NCBI GenBank assembly: GCA_046344715.1 | Contig: JBKDKX010000009.1 | Location: 78,463 to 142,462, forward strand | Direction of reading: 5' to 3' | From: Alphaproteobacteria bacterium | Lineage (GTDB): Bacteria; Pseudomonadota; Alphaproteobacteria; Rickettsiales; SXRF01 | Length of the DNA: 64,000 nt | Shown here: positions 56,016-64,000 of the stretch, piece after piece | Numbering within the stretch: position 1 is the stretch's first letter | Layout of the letters: each line of letters begins with the position of its first letter | Translations under genes and position numbers: made by a program | Notes under the pieces: generated by a model | Told to the model about the DNA's origin: nothing | The model's input: only the letters and a program-made list of their open reading frames with translations | Databases searched by the model: none

Positions 56016-56726
56016 ATGATAAAAGCAACCAGACGACAATTCTTAAAAAGCATTGCCGCTATTTCACTCGTAACCGCTGGAGGAAAATTTATGTCTAATG
56101 CCGCAGCCGCAAAACCCGTAACCGGAGGAACTATGCCTTTTACCCTGCCCGAACTGCCATATGCAACCAATGCACTTGAGCCGCACATCACCGCTAATAC
56201 CTTTTCATTCCATTACGCAAAGCACCATCAGGCCTATGTGACCAACCTGAACAACCTGGTCAAAGACACGCCGATGGCAACGATGTCTTTAGAAGAAGTC
56301 ATCATGGCGTCTGCCAAGGATGCATCCAAAGCAGGTATTTTCAACAATGCCGCACAGGTGTGGAACCACACGTTTTACTGGCACTCCATGAAGCCAAATG
56401 GCGGCGGTGCACCGAAAGGCAAATTGGCTGAGATGATTGCGCGTGATTTCGGCGGCTTAGATCAGTTCAAAGAAGCCTTCAAACAAGCGGCAACCACACA
56501 GTTTGGTAGCGGCTGGGCGTGGCTGGTGGTGGAAGGTGATAAACTCAAAGTCACCAAAACCGGCAATGCTGACCTGCCAATGGCGCACGGACAAAAAGCC
56601 CTGCTCACCATCGACGTGTGGGAACATGCCTATTATCTCGATTTCCAGAACCGCAGGCCAGATTATATCACCACCTTCCTTGACAAGCTGGTGAACTGGG
56701 AATTTGCAGAGAAGAATTTAGGTTAG
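56016..56726 (+). CDS. sodB: Fe/Mn-family superoxide dismutase with an N-terminal twin-arginine signal peptide
   Basis: Canonical SOD core from [10 protein letters not shown] ([21 protein letters not shown]). It is preceded by [32 protein letters not shown], which matches the Tat consensus. Confidence 0.9.
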   Translation: MIKATRRQFLKSIAAISLVTAGGKFMSNAAAAKPVTGGTMPFTLPELPYATNALEPHITANTFSFHYAKHHQAYVTNLNNLVKDTPMATMSLEEVIMASAKDASKAGIFNNAAQVWNHTFYWHSMKPNGGGAPKGKLAEMIARDFGGLDQFKEAFKQAATTQFGSGWAWLVVEGDKLKVTKTGNADLPMAHGQKALLTIDVWEHAYYLDFQNRRPDYITTFLDKLVNWEFAEKNLG

Positions 56727-56755
56727 TTGTAACCAGCCCAAAGGGTTCGTGGCAT

Positions 56756-57451
56756 ATGCGGCATGTATTATGTGTTATATATACACTTATTGCGTGGTCT
56801 GCTTATGCCACGCCGGATGGAGGTTTAACCCAGCCCTTGGTCTATTCCGTCAGCAAATTGATCATTGATAAAAAATCATCTTCAATAAAGAAAGAGATAG
56901 ATCAAACACAAGATGCAGGCACACAATTACATGTGCCTATGCAGCTTATACTGGATGTCGAGGTAAAAGATGCCCTGAATTTTTATCGGCAGGATGGCTG
57001 GATTAATTTGAGTGCCATGCGCGAAGGTCATGCGGTATTGCTTGCATTTGAGCAACTTTCGCAAGATCCGATCCTTCCCGCTTCAAACTATGCGCCGATG
57101 GATATTTTAATGGTCGATGAACAGGGCAAAATTACCGAAATTGCGCCATCGCTCACGCTTGCAAGCCTTGAACAGGAAATATATCCGCAGAAACCTGTTA
57201 AAGCCTTTGTTCTTATGGCGAGCGGCAGCACTGAAAAAATGGGTATTAAACCTGGTGATGAGGTAGTGTATTCCATTTTCAAGAAGCCACCGCCGGTAAT
57301 TTCTGAATCAACACCGGCTACGGTGCCAACGCCTGAAATACCTTCCAGAGCAATAACAAAAGTTCCTGACGCTAATGCAGCACCTCAGAAGCCAAACTTT
57401 AAGGAACGCCGCAAGCCTGAGCTTCAGCCTGCGAAAGCTACACCGCAATAA
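56756..57451 (+). CDS. DUF192-like secreted protein with a Pro-rich C-terminal tail
   Basis: Signal peptide (…AWSAYA). DUF192-like segment (PMDILMVDEQGKITEI, FVLMASGSTEKMGIKPGDEV). Confidence 0.5.
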   Translation: MRHVLCVIYTLIAWSAYATPDGGLTQPLVYSVSKLIIDKKSSSIKKEIDQTQDAGTQLHVPMQLILDVEVKDALNFYRQDGWINLSAMREGHAVLLAFEQLSQDPILPASNYAPMDILMVDEQGKITEIAPSLTLASLEQEIYPQKPVKAFVLMASGSTEKMGIKPGDEVVYSIFKKPPPVISESTPATVPTPEIPSRAITKVPDANAAPQKPNFKERRKPELQPAKATPQ

Positions 57452-57812
57452 GGGCGGCAGCCACACGACGCTCTTCACTTAAAAGCACATTATAAGTACG
57501 GCAGGCAGCACCGGTATCCATAATTTCCACGGCAATGTTTTGGGATTTCAGTAAGGATTTTATTTCAGGATTCAGTGGAGTTGTAAATTTGCCAGTACCT
57601 ATCAGCAATAATTCAACCAGTGGAACGGTTTCAATTACACGCTGAAAATCATGCGTGGTTAACGTGGAAATATCCCCAACATCCCATGCTTCACTGCGCT
57701 CTGGAAACACCAGCAACGAACCTTTGATAAACTCATGATTGATTTTGAAGCCACCATCACCATAGCCGGTAATGGCTAATTTTGCTTTGCCAAGAACTGG
57801 CGTGATATCCAT
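57438..57812 (-). CDS. Mth938/DUF498-domain protein (NDUFAF3-like)
   Basis: ITGYGDGGFKIN, LLLIGTG, DTGAACRTYNVLLSEERRVAAALI. Confidence 0.75.
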   Translation of the reverse strand: MDITPVLGKAKLAITGYGDGGFKINHEFIKGSLLVFPERSEAWDVGDISTLTTHDFQRVIETVPLVELLLIGTGKFTTPLNPEIKSLLKSQNIAVEIMDTGAACRTYNVLLSEERRVAAALIAV

Positions 57813-59395
57813 TACAGGCTTAGCACCTTAGGACGCGTGCGCTTCAGCCATGTCACCACCATCAGGCGTGTTACAAGCACTGACGTGTACAGCGAGCAGA
57901 GAATGCCTATGGCAAGCGTTACAGCAAAACCTTTTACCGTGCCCGTGCCGAAATAATATAAAATCAACGCGGCAACCAGCGTGGTGACGTGTGAATCAAT
58001 GATGGTGCCAAACGCCATCTTAAAACCATCCTGAATGGCAGCGTAAGGCGTTTTTCCATTTTTGGTTTCTTCGCGGATACGCTCGTAAATAAGTACGTTG
58101 GCATCCACTGCCATACCCACCGTAAGCACGATACCGGCAATGCCTGGCATGGTGAGTGTTGCTTCAAACAGCGCAAGCAGCGTCATTGTCATGAACGCAT
58201 TTACAATCATGGCAATGTTGGCAAACATGCCGAACAGACCATAAAATGCCACCATGAAAATTACCACCATAAGGATGCCTATAAGCGAGGCTTTCACCCC
58301 AGCCTGCACAGAATCCGCGCCAAGGCTTGGACCAACAGAACGTTCCTCGATTATTTTAAGGGGTGCGGGCAATGCGCCAGCACGCAACAACAGCGCAAGG
58401 TCATTAGCACTTTGCACAGTGAAGTTGCCAGAAATCTGGCCACTTCCACCTAGAATTGCCGAGCGAATAACCGGTGCTGTAATTACTTTATTATCAAGCA
58501 CAATGGCAAACGGCTTGCCAATATTATCCGAGGTCACTTCGCCAAATTTACGCGCGCCGGTGGTATTAAATCGGAATGTTACCACAGGCTCACCGGTATC
58601 TGGATCATAGCCTGTATTGGCATCCACAAGCATATCGCCAGATACCATCACTCGTGAAAAAATAGCGTATTTATGTGGTGCGCCTTCATAACGCCCACCG
58701 TCGGATGAAGCAACCAGACGTGTGCCTGCCGGTGCAATACCACTGGCGATATCAGTGGCTGATACTTCTTCATTCACCAGATGGAAGGTCATTTTAGCGG
58801 TGCGACCAAGAATTTCTTTCAGTCGTTCAGGATCGGCAAGGCCAGGCACCTGAAGCAGAATACGCTTGTCGCCCTGACGTTGGATAATAGGTTCCTTGGT
58901 ACCGGTTTCATCAATACGCCGGCCAATAATCTGAAGCGACTGCTCCAACACCTGCTGGCGGCTGTTTTGTTCCCATTTCTTACTAAACACAACGGTATAT
59001 GATGCACCGCTCTTTTCTATAAGCAGGTCAGGATTCATTGTTTGAATAACAGATGTGACATCTGCCGTTACATCGTCACGCAGGGTAAAAACCACTTTAC
59101 CATCATTTACAGCAAGTGCCTTGTAGCCAATTTTTTCACTACGTAGTTTTATACGTATTTCATCAGCAAGATCAGTAAGCTGTTCCTTTTCATAGGCAGA
59201 AAAATCAACCTCCAGCAAAAGCTGGGAGCCGCCCTGCAAGTCCAGACCAAGAGTGACCGCGCGTTTTGGCATCCATTCCGGCAAGGAGTCACGCGTTTCT
59301 TTTGATAGAAAACTAGGTATAGAGAAAACAACAAACACCAGACAAGAAAGTACGATTAATACGATTTTCCAGCGGGGAAAGTGAAGCATGGTCAA
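57812..59395 (-). CDS. secD: protein translocase subunit SecD
   Basis: Large periplasmic loop plus a six-TM SecD C-terminal core (GPSLGADS, MAVDANVLIYERIREE). Confidence 0.92.
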   Translation of the reverse strand: MTMLHFPRWKIVLIVLSCLVFVVFSIPSFLSKETRDSLPEWMPKRAVTLGLDLQGGSQLLLEVDFSAYEKEQLTDLADEIRIKLRSEKIGYKALAVNDGKVVFTLRDDVTADVTSVIQTMNPDLLIEKSGASYTVVFSKKWEQNSRQQVLEQSLQIIGRRIDETGTKEPIIQRQGDKRILLQVPGLADPERLKEILGRTAKMTFHLVNEEVSATDIASGIAPAGTRLVASSDGGRYEGAPHKYAIFSRVMVSGDMLVDANTGYDPDTGEPVVTFRFNTTGARKFGEVTSDNIGKPFAIVLDNKVITAPVIRSAILGGSGQISGNFTVQSANDLALLLRAGALPAPLKIIEERSVGPSLGADSVQAGVKASLIGILMVVIFMVAFYGLFGMFANIAMIVNAFMTMTLLALFEATLTMPGIAGIVLTVGMAVDANVLIYERIREETKNGKTPYAAIQDGFKMAFGTIIDSHVTTLVAALILYYFGTGTVKGFAVTLAIGILCSLYTSVLVTRLMVVTWLKRTRPKVLSL

Positions 59396-59796
59396 TTATC
59401 GTTTGCGCTTTTTCCAGATTTAACGTCGTCCACCTTATCACTGATAGAAGCGCGCGCAACACGCACCTTAATTTCAGGTGCAATTTCTACCACCACAATA
59501 TCGTCACCTTCAAATTTGCTAACGGTACCGATGATGCCACCACCGGTGATGACCTTATCGCCTTTCGCCAAGTTTTTGGTGAGTTCCAGATGGGCTTTAA
59601 CTTTACGTTGCTGTGGACGAATAAGTAAAAAGTAAAAAATAAAGAACAAAACCCCCAGCATCATGAGGTTGTCCATCATCATCTTTTCGGCAGATACCTG
59701 ATACTCAACTTGATCAACAGCCTGATTAACTTCAGCGCCACCTTCTACGGGAGCAGAGGTTTCCTGTGCACTTGCATCACCAATAATAAACAGCAT
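59392..59796 (-). CDS. yajC: preprotein translocase subunit YajC
   Basis: LLIRPQQRKVKAH...KGDKVITGGGIIGTV. 4-nt overlap with secD. Confidence 0.85.
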   Translation of the reverse strand: MLFIIGDASAQETSAPVEGGAEVNQAVDQVEYQVSAEKMMMDNLMMLGVLFFIFYFLLIRPQQRKVKAHLELTKNLAKGDKVITGGGIIGTVSKFEGDDIVVVEIAPEIKVRVARASISDKVDDVKSGKSANDN

Positions 59797-59801
59797 GGGT
59801 A

Positions 59802-59969
59802 CTATTTAATTTTTGCTTCGTTGAACACAACGTGCTTGCGCGCCACCGGATCATATTTGCGGAAAGAAAGTTTTTCCGTTTTGGTTTTTGGGTTTTTCTT
59901 TGTTACGTAATAAAAACCGGTAGCCGCTGAGCTAACCAGTTTGATAAGCAGAATGTTCTTCTTAGCCAT
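59802..59969 (-). CDS. rpmG: 50S ribosomal protein L33
   Basis: Not in the ORF track (55 aa): [55 protein letters not shown]. Confidence 0.9.
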   Translation of the reverse strand: MAKKNILLIKLVSSAATGFYYVTKKNPKTKTEKLSFRKYDPVARKHVVFNEAKIK

Positions 59970-60107
59970 AAATATATCCAATAAATAATTTTAAGGCGCA
60001 TACCATATACACAAGCATCTGGCTGTCAAGCATAAATTTGAGGAAATGTGCACCCTTAAGGCATTAATTCTTTTGACTTTTTGATGCTTTTACATGAGAA
60101 AGACGGC

Positions 60108-61016
60108 ATGAAAACAGGTAAAGTACGCAAAGTTATATTTCCCGTAGGTGGGCTTGGTACACGCTTTCTGCCTGCAACCAAGTCTATGCCCAAAGAAATG
60201 CTGCCGGTGGTGGATAAACCCCTTATCCATTATGCTTTTGAGGAAGCCAAAGCCGCCGGAATTGAGCAATTCATCTTCGTAACTGGCCGTAATAAACACG
60301 CCATTGAAGACCATTTTGACCATGTCTATGAGTTGCAAAGCCACCTTTCAAAGAAAAACAAAAACAGAGAACTAGAACTGACAAGTAACTGGCTTCCAGA
60401 GCCAGGTAATGTATGTTTTGTGCGCCAACAGGAGCCACGCGGCCTTGGCCATGCCGTATGGTGTGCCCGTCATTTGATTGGTGATGAACCATTTGCAGTG
60501 ATACTGGCCGATGATATGGTGCTCTCAAAAAAAACCTGCCTCCAGCAAATGACCGAAGCATTTAAGACGTGCGACGGCAACATTCTAGGTGTGATGGACA
60601 TTCCCCGTGAGAAAACCAGTAGCTATGGCATTGTGGATATTGATACCAAAGCAAAGACACCAGATAAACGACTCATCAAGGCAAAGGCGCTAGTAGAAAA
60701 ACCAACACCTAAAGAAGCCCCCTCCACCCTTTCTATTATTGGCCGCTATATATTACAGCCAGAGATTTTTAACATTCTGGATAAGCACACAACCGGCACA
60801 GGCGGCGAAATCCAATTGACCGATGCTATTAATAAAATGATCGGCAAATCATCCGTACATGGCTTCCAGTTTGAGGGTATACGTTATGATTGCGGATCGC
60901 TCTCAGGCTTTGTAGCCGCCAATGTTGCCTATGCACTAGAGCGCAAAGATGCCAGCAAGATGGTATTGGATGAACTGAAAGAAGTATTTAAGCGAAACGG
61001 GAATACACTCTCATGA
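60108..61016 (+). CDS. galU: UTP--glucose-1-phosphate uridylyltransferase
   Basis: KVIFPVGGLGTRFLPATKSMPKEMLPVVDKPLI, VRQQEPRGLGHAV. Confidence 0.92.
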   Translation: MKTGKVRKVIFPVGGLGTRFLPATKSMPKEMLPVVDKPLIHYAFEEAKAAGIEQFIFVTGRNKHAIEDHFDHVYELQSHLSKKNKNRELELTSNWLPEPGNVCFVRQQEPRGLGHAVWCARHLIGDEPFAVILADDMVLSKKTCLQQMTEAFKTCDGNILGVMDIPREKTSSYGIVDIDTKAKTPDKRLIKAKALVEKPTPKEAPSTLSIIGRYILQPEIFNILDKHTTGTGGEIQLTDAINKMIGKSSVHGFQFEGIRYDCGSLSGFVAANVAYALERKDASKMVLDELKEVFKRNGNTLS

Positions 61017-62374
61017 AAATAGCAGTAATCGGTACGGGCTATGTTGGCCTTGTATCTGGCGTATGTTTTTCGGAATTTGGTTTTCAGGTGACTTGTGTAG
61101 ACAAAGACAGCGACAAGATAGGCCGCCTCCAGCAGGGCATGTTGCCGATTTACGAGCCCGGCCTTGAGCAAATGGTGGAAAGCAACGCAAAAGCCGGCAG
61201 GCTTTCATTCTCCACTGATTTAGCTAACGCTGTGGCGGATGCAGATGCTGTGTTTATTGCCGTTGGCACGCCTTCTAATGATACCGATGGCATGCCGGAT
61301 GTAACGGCGCTGCACGCCGCCGCAAAAGATGTGGCAAAGGCACTGAAAAATGCCACGTTGGTGGTGATTAAATCCACTGTACCGCTTGGCACCAACCGCG
61401 CAGTGGCCAAAATTATCGCACAGGAAAACCCGGACGCGGATTTTGATATTGCCTCAAACCCTGAATTCCTGCGTGAGGGCAATGCTATTAAAGATTTTAT
61501 GTCACCAGACCGTATCGTATGCGGCATTGATTCTAAACGCGCCAAAGAAATGCTTTCCAAGCTCTATGAGCCTATCTGTATGAATGGTGCTGCGCTGTTT
61601 TTTACCACCTTCGAAAGCGCAGAAATGATCAAATACGCTGCCAATTCCATGTTGGCACTGCGTATTGCCTTCATCAATGAAATTGCTGACTTATGCGAAA
61701 AAACAGGTGCCAATATCCGTGATGTCTCACGCGGCATGGGCATGGATACACGCATTGGCGATAAATTCCTGCAGGCAGGCCCTGGGTATGGTGGATCATG
61801 CTTCCCGAAAGACACCCTCGCCTTACGCCAAATGGCGCGCAATGCGGGCTGCAAAAGCAAGTTGATGGAAGCAACGGTGGAAAGTAACAGCGAACGCAAA
61901 ATAGCAATGGCAAAGCGCATCATTGCCGCACTTGGCGATACAAAAGATAAAACCGTAGCGATACTCGGCCTTACCTTCAAACCAGGTACCGATGACATGC
62001 GCGAAAGCCCAAGCCTCGTTATCATACCAGAATTACAGAAGGCCGGTGTAAATATCCGCGCCTACGACCCGCAAGGTATGAAGGAAGCCGCAAAATTCCT
62101 CTCTGGAATCAACTATTGCAATGATGCCTATGATGCCATGCAAGGTGCAGATGCCGTGGTGATTTTGACTGAGTGGAATGAATTCAGGAGCTTGGAACTC
62201 AAGCAGGTAAAGTCCCTGCTAAAAACCCCGCTGGTGATTGACTTCCGCAATATTTACAAGCGGCAGGATATGCAACGTCTGCAATTCCACTATCTCTCCA
62301 TCGGCAGGCAGGAGCTTAAGCCCGGCGAGCCATGGATTTCTGATTTGAATATCGATAACGAGCAGGCGGCTTAG
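61013..62374 (+). CDS. ugd: UDP-glucose 6-dehydrogenase
   Basis: MKIAVIGTGYVGLV, GGSCFPKD, LGLTFKPGTDDMRESP. Confidence 0.93.
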   Translation: MKIAVIGTGYVGLVSGVCFSEFGFQVTCVDKDSDKIGRLQQGMLPIYEPGLEQMVESNAKAGRLSFSTDLANAVADADAVFIAVGTPSNDTDGMPDVTALHAAAKDVAKALKNATLVVIKSTVPLGTNRAVAKIIAQENPDADFDIASNPEFLREGNAIKDFMSPDRIVCGIDSKRAKEMLSKLYEPICMNGAALFFTTFESAEMIKYAANSMLALRIAFINEIADLCEKTGANIRDVSRGMGMDTRIGDKFLQAGPGYGGSCFPKDTLALRQMARNAGCKSKLMEATVESNSERKIAMAKRIIAALGDTKDKTVAILGLTFKPGTDDMRESPSLVIIPELQKAGVNIRAYDPQGMKEAAKFLSGINYCNDAYDAMQGADAVVILTEWNEFRSLELKQVKSLLKTPLVIDFRNIYKRQDMQRLQFHYLSIGRQELKPGEPWISDLNIDNEQAA

Positions 62375-62378
62375 GTCA

Positions 62379-62406
62379 GGCATTAGTGATTAGGCTTTAG
62401 GGATTA
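62379..62406. repeat. 4 x 7-bp tandem array (GGCATTA GTGATTA GGCTTTA GGGATTA)
   Basis: Read directly. 24 of 28 positions match the array at 62980-63007. An inverted 11-mer CCCTAATGCCT follows at 62421-62431. Confidence 0.5.
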
Positions 62407-62429
62407 GATTTTTTTATTCACCCTAATGC

Positions 62430-62879
62430 CTACCTTCCCCTATAAGGCGGCACACCCTGCTCTGGTATCCACACGTCTTTTGGTGGCTGGCCGGTTTGAT
62501 AGAATACATCAATCGGGATGCCACCGCGCGGGTACCAATACCCACCGATACGCAGCCACACAGGTTTTACTTCTTTTATAATCCGCAGTGCAACTGCCAC
62601 TGTGCAATCTTCATGGAACGCGCCGTGATTACGGAATGAGCCAAGATACAGCTTCAGCGATTTGCTTTCCACCAGCCAGTCCTTCGGTACATAATCAATC
62701 ACCAGATGGGCAAAATCTGGCTGGCCGGTGACGGGGCAAATAGAGGTGAATTCCGGACAGGCAAAGCGCACGTTATACGCCACGCCCTTGTGCGGGTTTT
62801 TTACCTTCTCCAGCTTTGCCTTGTCTGGCGATGCGGGAATTTTGGTTTGTTTGCCGAGCTGGTTTAATTTTTCTGACAT
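62430..62879 (-). CDS. queF: NADPH-dependent 7-cyano-7-deazaguanine reductase
   Basis: Type I QueF motifs ([18 protein letters not shown]), 149 aa. Confidence 0.92.
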   Translation of the reverse strand: MSEKLNQLGKQTKIPASPDKAKLEKVKNPHKGVAYNVRFACPEFTSICPVTGQPDFAHLVIDYVPKDWLVESKSLKLYLGSFRNHGAFHEDCTVAVALRIIKEVKPVWLRIGGYWYPRGGIPIDVFYQTGQPPKDVWIPEQGVPPYRGR

Positions 62880-62893
62880 AAATCACTTGTAAA

Positions 62894-62971
62894 TGGGGCG
62901 AGTGACGGGATTTGAACCCGCGACATCCAGAATCACAATCTGGCGCTCTAACCAACTGAGCTACACCCGCC
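62894..62971 (-). tRNA. tRNA-His (anticodon GUG) with encoded G-1
   Basis: The reverse complement is GGCGGGTGTAGCTCAGTTGGTTAGAGCGCCAGATTGTGATTCTGG...GGGTTCAAATCCCGTCACTCGCCCCA. The extra 5' G pairs with C73, and CCA is encoded. Confidence 0.92.
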
Positions 62972-62979
62972 ATAAGTAA

Positions 62980-63007
62980 GGCATTAGGGATTAGGCATTA
63001 GGGAGCA
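62980..63007. repeat. 4 x 7-bp tandem array (GGCATTA GGGATTA GGCATTA GGGAGCA)
   Basis: Direct repeat of the 62379-62406 array. Contains AGGCATTAGGG twice (62979-62989 and 62993-63003). Confidence 0.5.
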
Positions 63008-63027
63008 GAAAGTCAATATAAAACATC

Positions 63028-63111
63028 GTCATCCCCGCTTTATGTGGGGATCTAGGGAATCATGGCAAGGCCGCTGGTTTGGCTCTAGATCCCGCAACAA
63101 GTGCGGGTGAC
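63028..63111. repeat. palindromic MITE-like element, family C
   Basis: GTCATCCCCGC...GGGGATCTAGGG...CTCTAGATCCCGC...GCGGGTGAC, with nested inverted repeats. Intergenic between tRNA-His and coaD. Confidence 0.6.
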
Positions 63112-63115
63112 AAAT

Positions 63116-63619
63116 CTAATGCAACGCCTTAGTAAAATGCGCCTTCAGGTGGTTTGCCACATTGGAGGATACAAAACTGGATACATCCCCACCCAGACGC
63201 GCTATCTGCTTCACAAAACGCGATGAAATAAAGTGAGTGTTCTCAGAAGCCGTGAGGAACACGGTTTCCATGGCTGGGTTCAGACGGTTATTCATGCAGG
63301 CCATCTGGAATTCATATTCAAAGTCAGAGACCGCCCTGAGGCCGCGAATAAGGATATTAGCGCCATTCTCTTCAGCAAAGCTCACCAAAAGGCCTGAGAA
63401 GGTTTTAACCTCGACACGTTTGGCCTCTGCCCCTAATTCACGGTCAATATCCGCGCGCACCAGTGCCGCGCGCTCTTCAATGCCAAATATAGGCGCTTTA
63501 CCGGTATCCAGCGCTACGGCAATAACCAGTTTATCCACCACATGCATCGCACGCTTGATGATGTCTAGATGCCCAACCGTGATAGGGTCGAATGTTCCGG
63601 GGTAGATGCCTATACGCAT
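63116..63619 (-). CDS. coaD: phosphopantetheine adenylyltransferase
   Basis: IYPGTFDPITVGHLDII, ISSRFVKQIARLGGDVS. Confidence 0.93.
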   Translation of the reverse strand: MRIGIYPGTFDPITVGHLDIIKRAMHVVDKLVIAVALDTGKAPIFGIEERAALVRADIDRELGAEAKRVEVKTFSGLLVSFAEENGANILIRGLRAVSDFEYEFQMACMNNRLNPAMETVFLTASENTHFISSRFVKQIARLGGDVSSFVSSNVANHLKAHFTKALH

Positions 63620-63622
63620 AGA

Positions 63623-64000
63623 CTAACTCTGTTCAGCAACGTTAGACTCGTTGGGCGCATCGATCTCGGGAATATCTCCCATTACCTCACCCTCCGGCAC
63701 ACACACCACCGAAACCACTTTCTCGTTATGGTCGGTTTTCAGGATGGTGACACCTTGTGTGTTTCGGCCAGCAACGCGGATACCATCCACCGGCACACGA
63801 ATCACCGTGGCACGGTCGGTCATCAGCATGATCTGGCCAGTTGGCGCAACCGGCTGGCTGGCAACTACTGGTCCATTACGCGATGAGGTAATGATGTTTA
63901 CAATACCCGAACCACCACGACCCGTGGTGCGGTATTCATACGCAGAGGAACGCTTGCCATAACCGTTTTCAGTAACGGTCAAGATAAAGTCTTCCGCCGC
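63623..64000 (-). CDS. gyrA: DNA gyrase subunit A, C-terminal end (5' part outside the window)
   Basis: The frame is open to the window edge. GyrA C-terminal beta-pinwheel pattern (TENGYGKRS, GRGGSG, RNTQGV). Confidence 0.85.
   Translation of the reverse strand, partial: AAEDFILTVTENGYGKRSSAYEYRTTGRGGSGIVNIITSSRNGPVVASQPVAPTGQIMLMTDRATVIRVPVDGIRVAGRNTQGVTILKTDHNEKVVSVVCVPEGEVMGDIPEIDAPNESNVAEQS

Noticed and set aside
62379-63007. TTAGGG-containing heptamers resembling eukaryotic telomere repeats
   Set aside because: The period is 7 rather than 6, there are only four units per array, and the arrays are internal to a bacterial gene cluster. The resemblance is treated as coincidental, though the repeats themselves are kept as a finding.
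1-64000. CRISPR arrays, integrases, transposases, toxin-antitoxin pairs and restriction-modification genes
   Set aside because: I scanned both strands and the ORF track. There is no regularly spaced repeat-spacer array and no ORF with recombinase, transposase, TA or methylase hallmarks.

Overview
This is a 64-kb chromosomal window that looks like a host-associated alphaproteobacterium. The taxonomy is inference from gene content only: alpha-type addB/addA-trxA, a DUF1465/RcdA-like gene, ihfB, Mth938/NDUFAF-like genes, and a Rickettsiales-style split type IV secretion locus. Housekeeping backbone: an aroA-cmk fusion, rpsA, sppA, ihfB, trpFBA, trxA, addA/addB, rpsU, rpmG-yajC-secD, cspA plus a DEAD-box helicase, sodB, galU-ugd, queF, coaD, the 3' end of gyrA, tRNA-Ser(GGA) and tRNA-His(GUG). 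Six accessory or unusual parts stand out. (1) A virB3-virB4-3x virB6 operon is followed by an unannotated 47-aa VirB7-like lipoprotein ORF and abutted by an orphan RecA-like ATPase. (2) A tight four-gene cassette with phage receptor-binding features (tail-fibre-type N-terminus plus LamG-like domain, PL7-like polysaccharide lyase) is bracketed by palindromic repeat elements and sits next to an exopolysaccharide locus (wecG-like, wecB, Wzc-like, beta-barrel OMP). (3) A STAS-cheA-cheW-mcp-cheR-cheD-cheB operon has no cheY, and its receptor gene is split by one in-frame TAG. (4) A tRNA-Ser hotspot carries tRNA fragments and roughly 70-bp direct repeats around a 2-kb insertion encoding one orphan secreted protein. 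(5) Three families of short GTCAT...ATGAC palindromic MITE-like elements are present, two of which supply the 3' ends of genes. (6) Several phased or tandem short repeats lie in promoter regions. No CRISPR array, integrase or transposase gene was seen. All calls rest on reading the translations and DNA by eye; no database search was run.
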